This document shows, piece after piece, positions 1 to 9,188 of a stretch of DNA of 64,000 bases. Location: contig CAVWVI010000003.1 in assembly GCA_963758495.1 (NCBI GenBank), positions 288,001 to 352,000 on the forward strand, given 5' to 3'. Position 1 is the stretch's first letter, and every line of letters starts with the position of its first letter. A program made the translations under genes and the position numbers. The notes under the pieces are model-generated. The model was not told where the DNA came from. It saw only the letters and a program-made list of their open reading frames with translations, and made no database searches. The stretch is from Oligoflexia bacterium (lineage in GTDB: Bacteria > Bdellovibrionota > UBA1018).

Positions 1-1
1 G

Positions 2-730
2 CTCAGTCTCTTTGCTTTCTGGGTAGCTCGTCGGCCTAGCACTCCTACTATGAGTTTTGGCTACCATCGCGCTGAAATTTTAGGCGCACTCATGAGCGGA
101 TTGCTGATTTGGCTGATTTCGGGCATTTTAATTTATGAAGCCTTGATGCGAATACAGGCTCCTCCTAAAGTAGAAGGACCGCTCGTTTTTGTAATTGCTA
201 CGATAGGATTGGCCGCCAATTTGGTGAGCATGTGGATGCTTCGATCGACGAAGGACGAAAATCTAAATACTCGTGCAGCCTATCTTCACCTGATCTCTGA
301 CTCCTTAGGGAGTGTCGGCGCAATCATCGCAGGTTTAGTCCTATGGTTTACGGATTGGCGCCCCATTGATCCCATTATCACCATTTTATTTGCAGCCTTA
401 ATGCTTTTTGGCTCTTGGAGTCTTGTTAAAGAAGCGGTGGGAGTTCTCATGGAATCGGCACCCTCCCATGTAGACCCCACGGAGGTAAAAAATAATCTCC
501 AAGCCATTAAAGGCGTTATAGAAGCCCATGATCTACATATCTGGACCGTGTCGAGTGGAAGATTAGCTTTGAGTGTTCACTTGATATCGGAAAATACCGA
601 ATCGGTCCTAATGATCGCTAATGACCTTCTAAAACAAAAACACGGGATTATCCATACAACGATCCAGGTGGAGCATCCTAATCGATTTCAATCAGAACGC
701 TGTTATGATTGTGTTCCTATTGAGGTGTAA
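2..730 (+). CDS. Cation diffusion facilitator (CzcD/ZitB-like) transporter, 5'-truncated by window edge
   Basis: FGYHRAEILGAL, AAYLHLISDSLGS, HDLHIW and HTTIQVE motifs; frame is open from base 2. Confidence 0.92.
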   Translation, partial: LSLFAFWVARRPSTPTMSFGYHRAEILGALMSGLLIWLISGILIYEALMRIQAPPKVEGPLVFVIATIGLAANLVSMWMLRSTKDENLNTRAAYLHLISDSLGSVGAIIAGLVLWFTDWRPIDPIITILFAALMLFGSWSLVKEAVGVLMESAPSHVDPTEVKNNLQAIKGVIEAHDLHIWTVSSGRLALSVHLISENTESVLMIANDLLKQKHGIIHTTIQVEHPNRFQSERCYDCVPIEV

Positions 731-822
731 GACTCCTTGCAGTTCTTGTCAACAACCCTAAAGGAACTGCTTACTTGAGATTAGAACAATTCAATGATAA
801 GGGTATCTTTATCAGTCGGTAT

Positions 823-899
823 GCACCCGTAGCTCAGTTGGATAGAGCATCTGGCTTCGGACCAGAGGGTCGGGCGTTCGAATCGCTCCGGGTGCACCA
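823..899 (+). tRNA. tRNA-Arg (anticodon TCG)
   Basis: gcacccg/cgggtgc acceptor stem with encoded CCA; anticodon arm tctgg-ctTCGga-ccaga; T-loop gttcgaatc. Confidence 0.95.
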
Positions 900-911
900 T
901 CTTAATCATTC

Positions 912-1074
912 ATTGTGCGCCTGCCACGAAGGATGAATTGCAAAAAACCATAAAGAATTCATATATTCATCAAGGTAAAGTGGCGATCTGAACCCACTCA
1001 TCATCAAGTTATCACAAAAGCGATGTCATCATGATGATTTAACTTAAACTCGTCCTTCGTGACAGGCGCACAAT
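912..1074. mobile_element. MITE-like element (163 bp) with 25-bp terminal inverted repeats
   Basis: attgtgcgcctgccacgaaggatga (912-936) versus reverse complement of 1050-1074, 2 mismatches; no ORF; ends resemble those of the IS at 62185-63551. Confidence 0.75.
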
Positions 1075-1187
1075 AAAAGATTTGAATAAGTAATTCCTTT
1101 AGGGGGTGACAAGAAGTGCAAGGAGTCTTATTGCGCCGTAAAGATTTGGATTCCCGGCGCAATAAGACTCCTTGCACTTCTTACAAA

Positions 1188-1670
1188 TTAATGGAGATAG
1201 ATTTTAGAATATTGGGTGTGAGTTTGCTCAAGCTCACGACTCGTTGCGCAACGAATCGAAGTAGCTTCAACCTCAAATATCAAATCTTGGCCGGCTAAAG
1301 GGTGATTTCCATCTAAAACCAGTGTTTTATCGAATACTTCAATGACTCGAAATGTTCGATATTCACCCTGTTTATCCTGCGTAATAACCTCATGACCTAT
1401 GTCAATTTGCTCACTAAAGGGTAAATCCCGGCGTAAAATTTTAATCATAAGTTCCGGCTCATAAAAGCCATAGGCCTGATCCGCTTTCACAACAATCTTT
1501 CGCTTTTCACCTTTTTTTAAATTCTGAAGCCCACGAATGAGAACGGCTAAAATGCCTGAATGTCCATCTGCAAAGGTCAATACCTCCTGATAATACGCTG
1601 AACTGATCAATTTCCCTGTATAACTTTTAAGCACACAATGAAATGAAACAACTTGAGCCTTCACGTGCAA
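1188..1670 (-). CDS. slyD: FKBP-type peptidyl-prolyl isomerase, SlyD-like
   Basis: AYG and LDGNHPLAGQDLIFEVE motifs. Confidence 0.88.
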   Translation of the reverse strand: MHVKAQVVSFHCVLKSYTGKLISSAYYQEVLTFADGHSGILAVLIRGLQNLKKGEKRKIVVKADQAYGFYEPELMIKILRRDLPFSEQIDIGHEVITQDKQGEYRTFRVIEVFDKTLVLDGNHPLAGQDLIFEVEATSIRCATSRELEQTHTQYSKIYLH

Positions 1671-1964
1671 ATCCTTTTAGGTCTTGACATAGCAACCACC
1701 CAATCTTTCTTTTCAAATTCAATCTATCATACTCTCAAGGTCACACACGTGAAGTTTGCAGAAAATTAAATCGCTTGATATTTAAAAACGAGGGCCTATT
1801 CAAAATTAGTGGACCAAATTATTTTTCACAGTCTGCCTAAATTAGTTTTCCATCTCTTATCGTATGTGTTATCATACAGGACGATAAATTGTTTAGTCGC
1901 CTCAGAGTCTGCGAGCACAGTGCTCATATCCTCTTTAGCGGCCCCCAAGCCTTAAGGAGGTTTC

Positions 1965-2318
1965 ATGGGTAAAAAATTATATGTTGGTAATCTTCCTTTT
2001 TCAGCAACCGACCAAGTTCTGGTAGATACATTCTCTCAGTGTGGCACAGTTGAATCAGCTAAAATCATTATTGATCGTGACACAGGTCGCAGTAAGGGTT
2101 TCGGCTTCGTAGAAATGGCATCTGATGCTGAAGCAGCTGATGCAATTAGCAAATTCAATGGCGCAGATTATGACGGCCGCGCAATGACTGTCAATGAAGC
2201 AAGACCTATGGCACCTCGTGAAAACAAAGGTGGCTTTGGTGGCGGCGGAAATCGTGGCGGCGGAAGCCGTGGTGGTTTCGGTGGCGGCGCTGGCGGCGGA
2301 CGCGGAAATCGTTATTAA
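1965..2318 (+). CDS. RRM RNA-binding protein with Gly-rich tail
   Basis: RNP2 LYVGNL, RNP1 KGFGFVEM; RBS aaggagg. Confidence 0.95.
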   Translation: MGKKLYVGNLPFSATDQVLVDTFSQCGTVESAKIIIDRDTGRSKGFGFVEMASDAEAADAISKFNGADYDGRAMTVNEARPMAPRENKGGFGGGGNRGGGSRGGFGGGAGGGRGNRY

Positions 2319-2467
2319 TCTTTATTTAACTTTTTCCGGCGAAATTCTCCATTCATAGCTCATTCAGAACTTGGATGGAGATGGAAGCCGTGCTACATTC
2401 CCGATTGAGATTAAGGGCATAGTCTATAAGTCGCAAGACTTTAGAAGCCCTCACTTCACAAGAGGGA

Positions 2468-2713
2468 GTGGTCACAGATAGGACGTTTCATTTGTCTAAA
2501 GAAGATCTAATTCGTATTGAAGGTAAAATTTCAGACGCAACGGGTGGTGGTATTTACCAAATTCTGCTTGAAAATGGACATACCATTTCCGCAAGACTTT
2601 CAGGAAAGATGAAGCGTTTTAAGATTCGGATCATTGTGGGGGACAAAGTCACTGTTGGCGTGTCCCCCTACGATCCTTCTCATGGAATTATTACTCATCG
2701 ACAGAAGATTTAG
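2468..2713 (+). CDS. infA: Translation initiation factor IF-1 (possibly a paralogue)
   Basis: LENGH..A.LSGKM...IRI.VGDKVTV.VSPYD...G.ITHR. Confidence 0.9.
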   Translation: MVTDRTFHLSKEDLIRIEGKISDATGGGIYQILLENGHTISARLSGKMKRFKIRIIVGDKVTVGVSPYDPSHGIITHRQKI

Positions 2714-2792
2714 ATGTTCTGAGCATCATCCTCCCATCTAATCTGTTACATTTGATCATAAGTTCTTATTTCAATTTAAAGAGGGGGACGAT

Positions 2793-2966
2793 ATGAAAGC
2801 TACCTATACTAAGCCCGGTAGAAATCAATTTAAATGTTATCATTGTGGCTTAATCTTTCAAAGTAAAGACGGCAATTGGTATAATTGGAACACTATGGAA
2901 GTACATCTTTGTTTTTCATGTGAAAAAATTACCAAAAATATGCCTGAACGATGCTTATCCCATTAG
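2793..2966 (+). CDS. Small 57-aa CxxC/CxxC zinc-ribbon protein (below the ORF-track cut-off)
   Basis: RBS gaggggg; MKATYTKPGRNQFKCYHCG...HLCFSCEK... Confidence 0.6.
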   Translation: MKATYTKPGRNQFKCYHCGLIFQSKDGNWYNWNTMEVHLCFSCEKITKNMPERCLSH

Positions 2967-3075
2967 TAAATATGATTTTTTAAGCTACAGTCGACATTTA
3001 CTTCGTTTAATATTAATTATTGCGTGAGTATTTTTACTTAGGAATCAAATTATTTATGCGATAAGGGGGCAGTGT

Positions 3076-4149
3076 ATGGCATTTTTAAACCGCGTCTTAG
3101 ACCCACCATCTTACGGATTTGAGAACAACGGTGTTTTTTATATCCCAAGCCACAAAGAGATTTTTCTAGAATTCCTTCGAAAAACTAATATTATTCGTTC
3201 AAAAAAAAACTGGCTATCCTTCTTTGGATGGGCAGCTGCACTTCTTCTCAGTATTCCTCTTTTTATTTTTATTTATAACTATTTCAGTTGGCCACTCTTA
3301 CTGATTGGTTTCGTTTACAGCATGGTGATTTTAGGTTCTCATGGAACTGTCTATCTTCACCGATACTCTACTCATCGTGCATTTATCTTTAAAAACTCAT
3401 TTGCTAAATTTATTTGTAAAAACTTGGTTATAAAAATTATCCCTGAAGAAACTTATGTCATTTCACACCATGTTCATCATTGGCTGTCGGAAAAACCAGG
3501 AGACCCTTATAATGTAAATGGTGGATGGCTTTATTGCTTTTTAGCCGATGTCACTCATCAAGGAATTGCTAAAGATCTCACTAAGAAAGACTACGAACAA
3601 CTTAAGAAACTCATGGCACATACGGGTGTGATATTAAATAGCTATGAAAGCTACCTCAAATGGGGTTCTCTTTGTCATCCCTTTTTTACGACCCTCAATT
3701 ATACTTTAAATTGGGCATTTTGGTATGGAGTATTCTATTTAATTGGAGGAAATGCCCTCGCAACAGCGATTTTTGGAATGTCGTTTATCTGGGCTATTGG
3801 AGTTCGAACGTTTAATTACCAAGGACATGGTAGTGGCAAAGATAGAAGACGTGATGGAATTGATTTCAATCGTGATGATCGATCCATTAATGAAGTTTGG
3901 CCTGGATACGTTGCTGGAGAATGGCACAATAACCATCATCTCTATCCGAACGGAGCTCGATCAGGCTTTTTACGTTATCAACTCGACTTACCTTGGATAT
4001 TTATCTGGTCTTATTCACAGATAGGTGGAATTTCCTCCTATCGTGATTATAAAGCCAACTTTTTGAAAGACTATTACCTTCCTTACCTTTCAAAAGAACT
4101 CGTATCCAAAAAAACTGTGATAGAGTCAGTAAAAGTTTTTCAAAATTAA
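3076..4149 (+). CDS. Membrane fatty acid desaturase (delta-9-like)
   Basis: His boxes HRYSTH, HHVHH and HNNHH; TM segments. Confidence 0.9.
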   Translation: MAFLNRVLDPPSYGFENNGVFYIPSHKEIFLEFLRKTNIIRSKKNWLSFFGWAAALLLSIPLFIFIYNYFSWPLLLIGFVYSMVILGSHGTVYLHRYSTHRAFIFKNSFAKFICKNLVIKIIPEETYVISHHVHHWLSEKPGDPYNVNGGWLYCFLADVTHQGIAKDLTKKDYEQLKKLMAHTGVILNSYESYLKWGSLCHPFFTTLNYTLNWAFWYGVFYLIGGNALATAIFGMSFIWAIGVRTFNYQGHGSGKDRRRDGIDFNRDDRSINEVWPGYVAGEWHNNHHLYPNGARSGFLRYQLDLPWIFIWSYSQIGGISSYRDYKANFLKDYYLPYLSKELVSKKTVIESVKVFQN

Positions 4150-4174
4150 TTCATCTAAAAAAAGGGAAGCAACC

Positions 4175-4417
4175 ATGGAACCCAATGATTATGAGTCAGA
4201 TATTACCTTTGGTCTTTGGTTAAAAGATCAACGTGTTCGAAATGGTTTCACTATTGAAGAAGCCTCAAAAAAGGCGGAAATCCCACTTCAAAGACTGAAA
4301 TCTCTTGAAATAGGCTATGCCGAAAAAGGAATCACATACGCCGAATCCAAGAAGCTCAGTGGGCTCTATAAAATCGTACTTGAAGATTTTATTCAAAGAG
4401 CATCTGAAGATAAATAA
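4175..4417 (+). CDS. XRE-family helix-turn-helix protein
   Basis: FGLWLKDQR..NGFTIEEASKKAEIP...LKSLEIG. Confidence 0.75.
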   Translation: MEPNDYESDITFGLWLKDQRVRNGFTIEEASKKAEIPLQRLKSLEIGYAEKGITYAESKKLSGLYKIVLEDFIQRASEDK

Positions 4418-4812
4418 ATAAAATCCAGAGGGACTTGAATATCTGGATGTAAACTTTTGTGCACTGGGCAAAGATGCGCTGCATTTTCTAATTTTTTTCT
4501 ATAATCTTCAGATATTTTGTCGGGTAACATAATTTTTACTTTAAGTGACCCAATTCTTCTGGGTTGAGTGATCATCTCTTTTTCAACTTCGAAGCGCGCC
4601 CCCCCTAACGAAACTCCATCTCTTTCCGCGACGATTGCCATAGTGGTGAGAATACAGCTCCCCAATGCAGCCCCGACTAAGTCCGTAGGAGAAAATCGCT
4701 CCCCCCTTCCTTGATTATCTTTAGGTGCATCCGTTTCAATTTTTGAATTCGACGGAATATGAATTAAATCACAATGTTTTTCACCCGTATAAGTTCCTGC
4801 CATTTTTACCAT
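4393..4812 (-). CDS. OsmC family protein
   Basis: TDAPKDNQG..FSPTDL...LGSC and CPVHKSL. Confidence 0.92.
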   Translation of the reverse strand: MVKMAGTYTGEKHCDLIHIPSNSKIETDAPKDNQGRGERFSPTDLVGAALGSCILTTMAIVAERDGVSLGGARFEVEKEMITQPRRIGSLKVKIMLPDKISEDYRKKLENAAHLCPVHKSLHPDIQVPLDFIYLSSDAL

Positions 4813-4933
4813 AACTAAGTACCCCTGAAGGATGGAGTGCCACTATTTAGGCAACAGATCAAATCTTTTTGTGAATTAACCTGTGACACTTGCTTGCCCT
4901 GTTCCATTTTGATACCTATTAAAGTCAACGTCT

Positions 4934-5758
4934 ATGACACAAACTTTTCAAACTCCTTTAGATGTGAGTCACTTAAGTAAACGTTATAGAACCTCAACCC
5001 AAAGGGCGTTCGAAGCTATTTCAAATGTATCATTTGAAGTTCAAGCAGGAGAGTGCTTTGGGCTTCTGGGGCCAAATGGAGCAGGTAAATCGACCACTAT
5101 TAATTGTATCTCTGGATTTTTTCCTGCTAGCTCGGGAAGCGTTTCCATTCTCGGTCATAATGTCTATACGGACCCCAAATCAGCACGTTATTTTCTAGGA
5201 GTCTGTACACAAGACGACACATTAGATACTGATTTCAACGTATTAGACCAGCTCATTCGGTATGCCACCTTCTTTAGAGTTCCCGTCATTGAAGGACGGA
5301 AAAGGGCGGAAAATTTATTAATACGTTTTGGGCTTGAACAAAAAGCAAATCACCCGATTGAAAGTCTTTCTGGGGGCATGAGACGTCGTCTGCAAGTTGC
5401 GCGAGCCTTAATCTCTTGTCCCAAAGTTCTCATACTGGATGAACCGACCACCGGACTTGACCCCGAAGCACGTCGGGTTCTCTGGGAAATTCTTATGGAA
5501 TGTCGAAGCGAGGGCATCGCTATTCTTCTTTCAACACACTATATGGAAGAAGCCGAGAGACTCTGCGATCGAGTAGCTATTATTTACCAAGGCAAAATCT
5601 TAGATATAGACTCTCCAAATAAGCTGATCCTAAAATACATTGATCAAACCATCATCGAAGAGGAAGTTCGACCTGGGGCCATTTGGAAACGTCCTCCTAA
5701 TTTAGAGGATGTTTATCTTAAACTCACGGGTAGTAGACTTGGAGTCAATGGATCATGA
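4934..5758 (+). CDS. ABC-2 exporter ATP-binding subunit (NodI-like)
   Basis: GPNGAGKST, LSGGM, ILDEPTTGLD. Confidence 0.93.
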   Translation: MTQTFQTPLDVSHLSKRYRTSTQRAFEAISNVSFEVQAGECFGLLGPNGAGKSTTINCISGFFPASSGSVSILGHNVYTDPKSARYFLGVCTQDDTLDTDFNVLDQLIRYATFFRVPVIEGRKRAENLLIRFGLEQKANHPIESLSGGMRRRLQVARALISCPKVLILDEPTTGLDPEARRVLWEILMECRSEGIAILLSTHYMEEAERLCDRVAIIYQGKILDIDSPNKLILKYIDQTIIEEEVRPGAIWKRPPNLEDVYLKLTGSRLGVNGS

Positions 5759-6531
5759 GAGTTCAAGTTTCACTTTGGGGTATCCGCTGTGTCTGGCTTC
5801 GTTATTTTGACGTCTTTAGAAAAAGTTTTATTTATTATTTAGTGACAACGTTTCTCGAACCTATACTTTATCTTCTTTCGTTTGGAATTGGACTAGGCAG
5901 TTTAGTAGAGCATCTTGAATATCATGGGATAGTTGTTAAATATCGCAGTTTTATTTTTTCTGGAATTATTGGCCAAGCAGTTCTTTTTCAGGGATTTTTT
6001 GAGGCTTCTTATGGTGGCTTTGTTCGAATGTATTATCAAAAAATTTTTCATGCAATGGCCGTCACTCCCATTACCTTATCAGAAGTCCTATGGGGCGAAC
6101 TTCTTTGGGATACGATGAAAGCAACGACTGCTGCGGAGGTGGTTGTTTTTATCGGTGTCATGACCGGTGATTTTTCACCCTGGTCGATGTTGCAGATTTT
6201 TCCGCTCTGCTTTGCCAGCTCTCTTCTTTTTTCTGCTTTGGGCTTAGCGGTTGCAGCTAATTCAAGCACTATTGATCAAATCTCGTATCCACAATTTCTT
6301 CTAGTTTTTCCCATGTTTCTTTTTAGTGGCGTATTTTATCCCATAGAAAACTTACCTATTATTCTTCAAGGGGTAGCTTGGGCACTTCCTTTAACTTCTG
6401 TCATTTCACTGGCTCGATCTTTTACGCTTGGATTTCCAATTGAAATAAAGGCTATCTTCATTCTCTTCTTTTGGCTCATTATTTTAGTTTGGATATCTAG
6501 AAAATCCATGACGCGCCGACTGGTTAAATAA
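5755..6531 (+). CDS. ABC-2 permease (NodJ-like)
   Basis: Multiple TM helices, FSGVFYPIENLP; ATGA overlap with the ATPase. Confidence 0.9.
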   Translation: MRVQVSLWGIRCVWLRYFDVFRKSFIYYLVTTFLEPILYLLSFGIGLGSLVEHLEYHGIVVKYRSFIFSGIIGQAVLFQGFFEASYGGFVRMYYQKIFHAMAVTPITLSEVLWGELLWDTMKATTAAEVVVFIGVMTGDFSPWSMLQIFPLCFASSLLFSALGLAVAANSSTIDQISYPQFLLVFPMFLFSGVFYPIENLPIILQGVAWALPLTSVISLARSFTLGFPIEIKAIFILFFWLIILVWISRKSMTRRLVK

Positions 6532-6622
6532 CTAATTTTTTTGCAAAATTTCTTCTAGTCTGCTCTACTTCGATATCTAAATCCGGTTGTTTTAAACTTT
6601 TTGAAAAACCAGGGGCACATCT

Positions 6623-7249
6623 ATGATTCACAAAAATTCAGGTAAATTCGTTTTAATCTGCAGCTTCATCATGATTTCGTCGGTCAATTGCGCATCTCCC
6701 GGCAAAAGCACGGGGATCGGTGCAGGAGCAGGCGCAGCTACAGGTGCCGCCATTGGAGGTGCTCTAGGCGGCTGGAAAGGTGCGGGAGTGGGTGCATTAT
6801 TGGGAACTGCCACTGGGGGATCAATTGGAAACTACCTAGACAAACAAGCCCAAGAATTGAAACAAGTGGCAAATACGAAACGAACCAAAGATGGCATCCT
6901 GGTTAAATTGAAAAATGACTTGTTATTTGGCACTGGTAGCGCGGTTCTCAAAGATACTGCCATTGACGACATTTCTAGTTTAGGGGATATTTTATCGAAA
7001 TATCCAGATGACCGCATCAAAATCGAAGGCTTCACAGATAACGTAGGAAAAGCGGATTATAATGAATCATTATCAATCCGACGAGCAGAGGCCGTCAGAC
7101 GTGTTCTGATAGGAAGAGGCGTCAAGGACAATCAAATGATTGTTTTAGGATTTGGTGAAACCAAACCTATTTCAGACAACGCAACCCGCCAAGGACGCGC
7201 TGCAAATCGAAGAGTGGAACTTCATATTGACGTGCCTCAAAAAACCTAA
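6623..7249 (+). CDS. OmpA-family lipoprotein with glycine zipper
   Basis: Lipobox-like Cys, Gly zipper, GFTD..G...N..LS.RRA..V, NRRVE. Confidence 0.92.
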   Translation: MIHKNSGKFVLICSFIMISSVNCASPGKSTGIGAGAGAATGAAIGGALGGWKGAGVGALLGTATGGSIGNYLDKQAQELKQVANTKRTKDGILVKLKNDLLFGTGSAVLKDTAIDDISSLGDILSKYPDDRIKIEGFTDNVGKADYNESLSIRRAEAVRRVLIGRGVKDNQMIVLGFGETKPISDNATRQGRAANRRVELHIDVPQKT

Positions 7250-7395
7250 GGGCATCGCTCAGTGTATGTGACCACTCTGGATTCAAAAAAATACAATCAT
7301 CAAGTAATTTACTTTAACAGCTTGTCTAAAAAAACTTAATGCTGACTCGCTTTTATTGATTGAAAAATCGCCGTATTGCAGGTAATCGTTTGTCC

Positions 7396-8925
7396 TCACT
7401 TGCTTGAGTCATATGCGTCCCCATCGTCTAGAGGCCTAGGACATCGCCCTTTCACGGCGGTAACCGGGGTTCGAATCCCCGTGGGGACGCCAAAAAAATT
7501 GCTTAAAGAAACGCTCAAGGTATTAATATCTTGAGCTTTTTTTTCGCCTTGTGGGTCAATTGAATTAATTAATACATCTCTCTTCAAGGGCCTGCGGGGC
7601 ATATGCGGGACAAGAGCCCCTTTTTCCAAAGTTATTGTCGCAGGAGCTGCAATCTTGTTGTTTGGTTCTGATCGTTGTTGCGAACTTCGATAGGAGGCAG
7701 CAGACCTATTTAGAGATAGGATTGCCTGAAGAGCTGCGGCCTTAACCTGCTCTTCTGAAGACTCCCCCAATTTTGATATGACTTCTTGAACAAGCTTTGC
7801 CATTTTTTGAACGTCCGTACTTTCATCTTTCTCCGAACTTTTAAGATTGTCAAAAGCAAAGTCATCGCAAAGCCTCAAATCACCGTCTAAAAGATGTGTA
7901 TAGACCCGCGACGTAATACTAATGTCAGAATGACCTAAGATCACCGATATCTTCTTAATTCCCCAACCTTGGCGGATTTTATTACTAGCGAAGCTATGTC
8001 TTAATGTGTGCAAGTCGATACGCTGTTCCAGCCCAGCTTCCTTTGCAGCCACCTTAAGAGGCTTGAGCAGATAACGATCATTGTAGCGTTTGCCATTCTT
8101 TTTCGTGAAAATGAATGTCGCTTTGCGGGTTAGTTCGTGAAGAGCTTCCCAAGCACCCTCATCGAGAGGCACTCTTCGCTCCCTTCCGTTTTTACTAGTA
8201 GCAATGTAGATAAAATCGCCGTTACCATCGATGTCGCTCCAACGGAGGTTGAGAGCCTCACCCCTTCTCAAGCCTGTATGTGCAAGAAACTTCACGAAAG
8301 GATAGAGAAGAGCGCAATTGGACTTCTTTGAGGCTGCAAAGAGCCTTTCCAATTCTTCAGGTATTAAAAAATTGATTTTGCGCGTTGGAGCCTGCCGGGG
8401 AAAATACTTTTTGAAGTCTCTCATCCGTCGAATTGGATTTTCTCCATTGGACTCGACCTCAGCATAACAATCACCCAGGGACGCCATCAGTGCATGATAC
8501 TTTTGCAGCGTTGCGTGAGAAATCTCTCGATCCTTCAATTCTAAGTAAAATTTAAATAAAGTTTCTCTTTTCAAATCCTTGAATTTTAGTTTTCCTAATT
8601 TAGGAACGACGTCCTTCCTTAGACGTCGCCGTGTTTCATTTTGCCAATGAGGTTTGGCAGTCAAGAACTTCACACTTTTTAAGAAGAGATGCGAAATCTC
8701 CTCTACGTTCCGATTGAGAGTTTTCTCAGGAGTCTTAGGCTGGGGATCTAGTCCCAAAGCCAAATCACGACGAACCTCTGCTTCAAGCAGTTTAGCTTCA
8801 TTCTCAGTTCTCCCTGCTGCACGCTTGATCCACTGCCCCGTCTTTGGGTCCTTCCAGCGTACGATCCAGGTGACGTTTCCACTCCGGTGCTTCTTAGCAA
8901 AGATATTGGTGAAAAGTTGATTCAT
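7396..8925 (-). CDS. int: Tyrosine integrase; reading frame runs through attL and antisense across the tRNA
   Basis: TGLRRGE, HTLRHSF, LGHS...T.RVY catalytic residues; probable start ATG 8925 after ggggt RBS (ORF track starts at 8952). Confidence 0.93.
   Translation of the reverse strand: MNQLFTNIFAKKHRSGNVTWIVRWKDPKTGQWIKRAAGRTENEAKLLEAEVRRDLALGLDPQPKTPEKTLNRNVEEISHLFLKSVKFLTAKPHWQNETRRRLRKDVVPKLGKLKFKDLKRETLFKFYLELKDREISHATLQKYHALMASLGDCYAEVESNGENPIRRMRDFKKYFPRQAPTRKINFLIPEELERLFAASKKSNCALLYPFVKFLAHTGLRRGEALNLRWSDIDGNGDFIYIATSKNGRERRVPLDEGAWEALHELTRKATFIFTKKNGKRYNDRYLLKPLKVAAKEAGLEQRIDLHTLRHSFASNKIRQGWGIKKISVILGHSDISITSRVYTHLLDGDLRLCDDFAFDNLKSSEKDESTDVQKMAKLVQEVISKLGESSEEQVKAAALQAILSLNRSAASYRSSQQRSEPNNKIAAPATITLEKGALVPHMPRRPLKRDVLINSIDPQGEKKAQDINTLSVSLSNFFGVPTGIRTPVTAVKGRCPRPLDDGDAYDSSK
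7417..7492 (+). tRNA. tRNA-Glu (anticodon TTC); integration site
   Basis: gtcccca/tggggac acceptor stem with CCA; anticodon arm tcgcc-ctTTCac-ggcgg. Confidence 0.97.
7445..7492 (+). repeat. attL core (48 bp)
   Basis: cgccctttcacggcggtaaccggggttcgaatccccgtggggacgcca, identical to 38920-38967. Confidence 0.95.
7513..7544 (+). terminator. Element-supplied intrinsic terminator for the restored tRNA-Glu
   Basis: gctcaag...cttgagc stem followed by T8. Confidence 0.7.
7592..7612. repeat. Putative integrase arm-type site (left copy)
   Basis: ctgcggggcatatgcgggaca, identical to 38769-38789. Confidence 0.7.
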
Positions 8926-8936
8926 TGCAATTACCC

Positions 8937-9176
8937 CTAAGCCGACGCCCACCCATTACTTTGTTCTTGAGCTAACCAACGAACAAACTCTTTCTTTGGA
9001 AATCGAACCTCACGACCCACTGCAATTCTTGGAGGTCGCCGTTTGGGTTCTGATCTCTTAGCCCAATTATAAACAGTCCGACGATCACACTCCAAGAAAT
9101 TACAGATCTCATCCAACGTAAGAAGGCCTTTTTCAGGATACAATCGATTCACTTCTTCTAGCAATGTTTCAAACAT
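8937..9176 (-). CDS. Excisionase-like (AlpA/HTH_17) protein
   Basis: LLTLDEICNFLECDRRTVYNW...GREVRF; immediately upstream of int. Confidence 0.82.
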   Translation of the reverse strand: MFETLLEEVNRLYPEKGLLTLDEICNFLECDRRTVYNWAKRSEPKRRPPRIAVGREVRFPKKEFVRWLAQEQSNGWASA

Positions 9177-9188
9177 ACTCAGCCCCCA

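Larger units (their letters stand above)
728..1182. repeat. Three copies of an IS-end/REP-like repeat TAAGACTCCTTGCA(G/C)TTCTT
   Basis: Copies at 728 (+), ending 1130 (-) and 1163 (+); 1111-1138 and 1155-1182 form a perfect 28-bp inverted repeat. Confidence 0.8.

Noticed and set aside
1116..1298. 60-aa ORF
   Set aside because: It runs across a perfect hairpin and overlaps slyD on the opposite strand.
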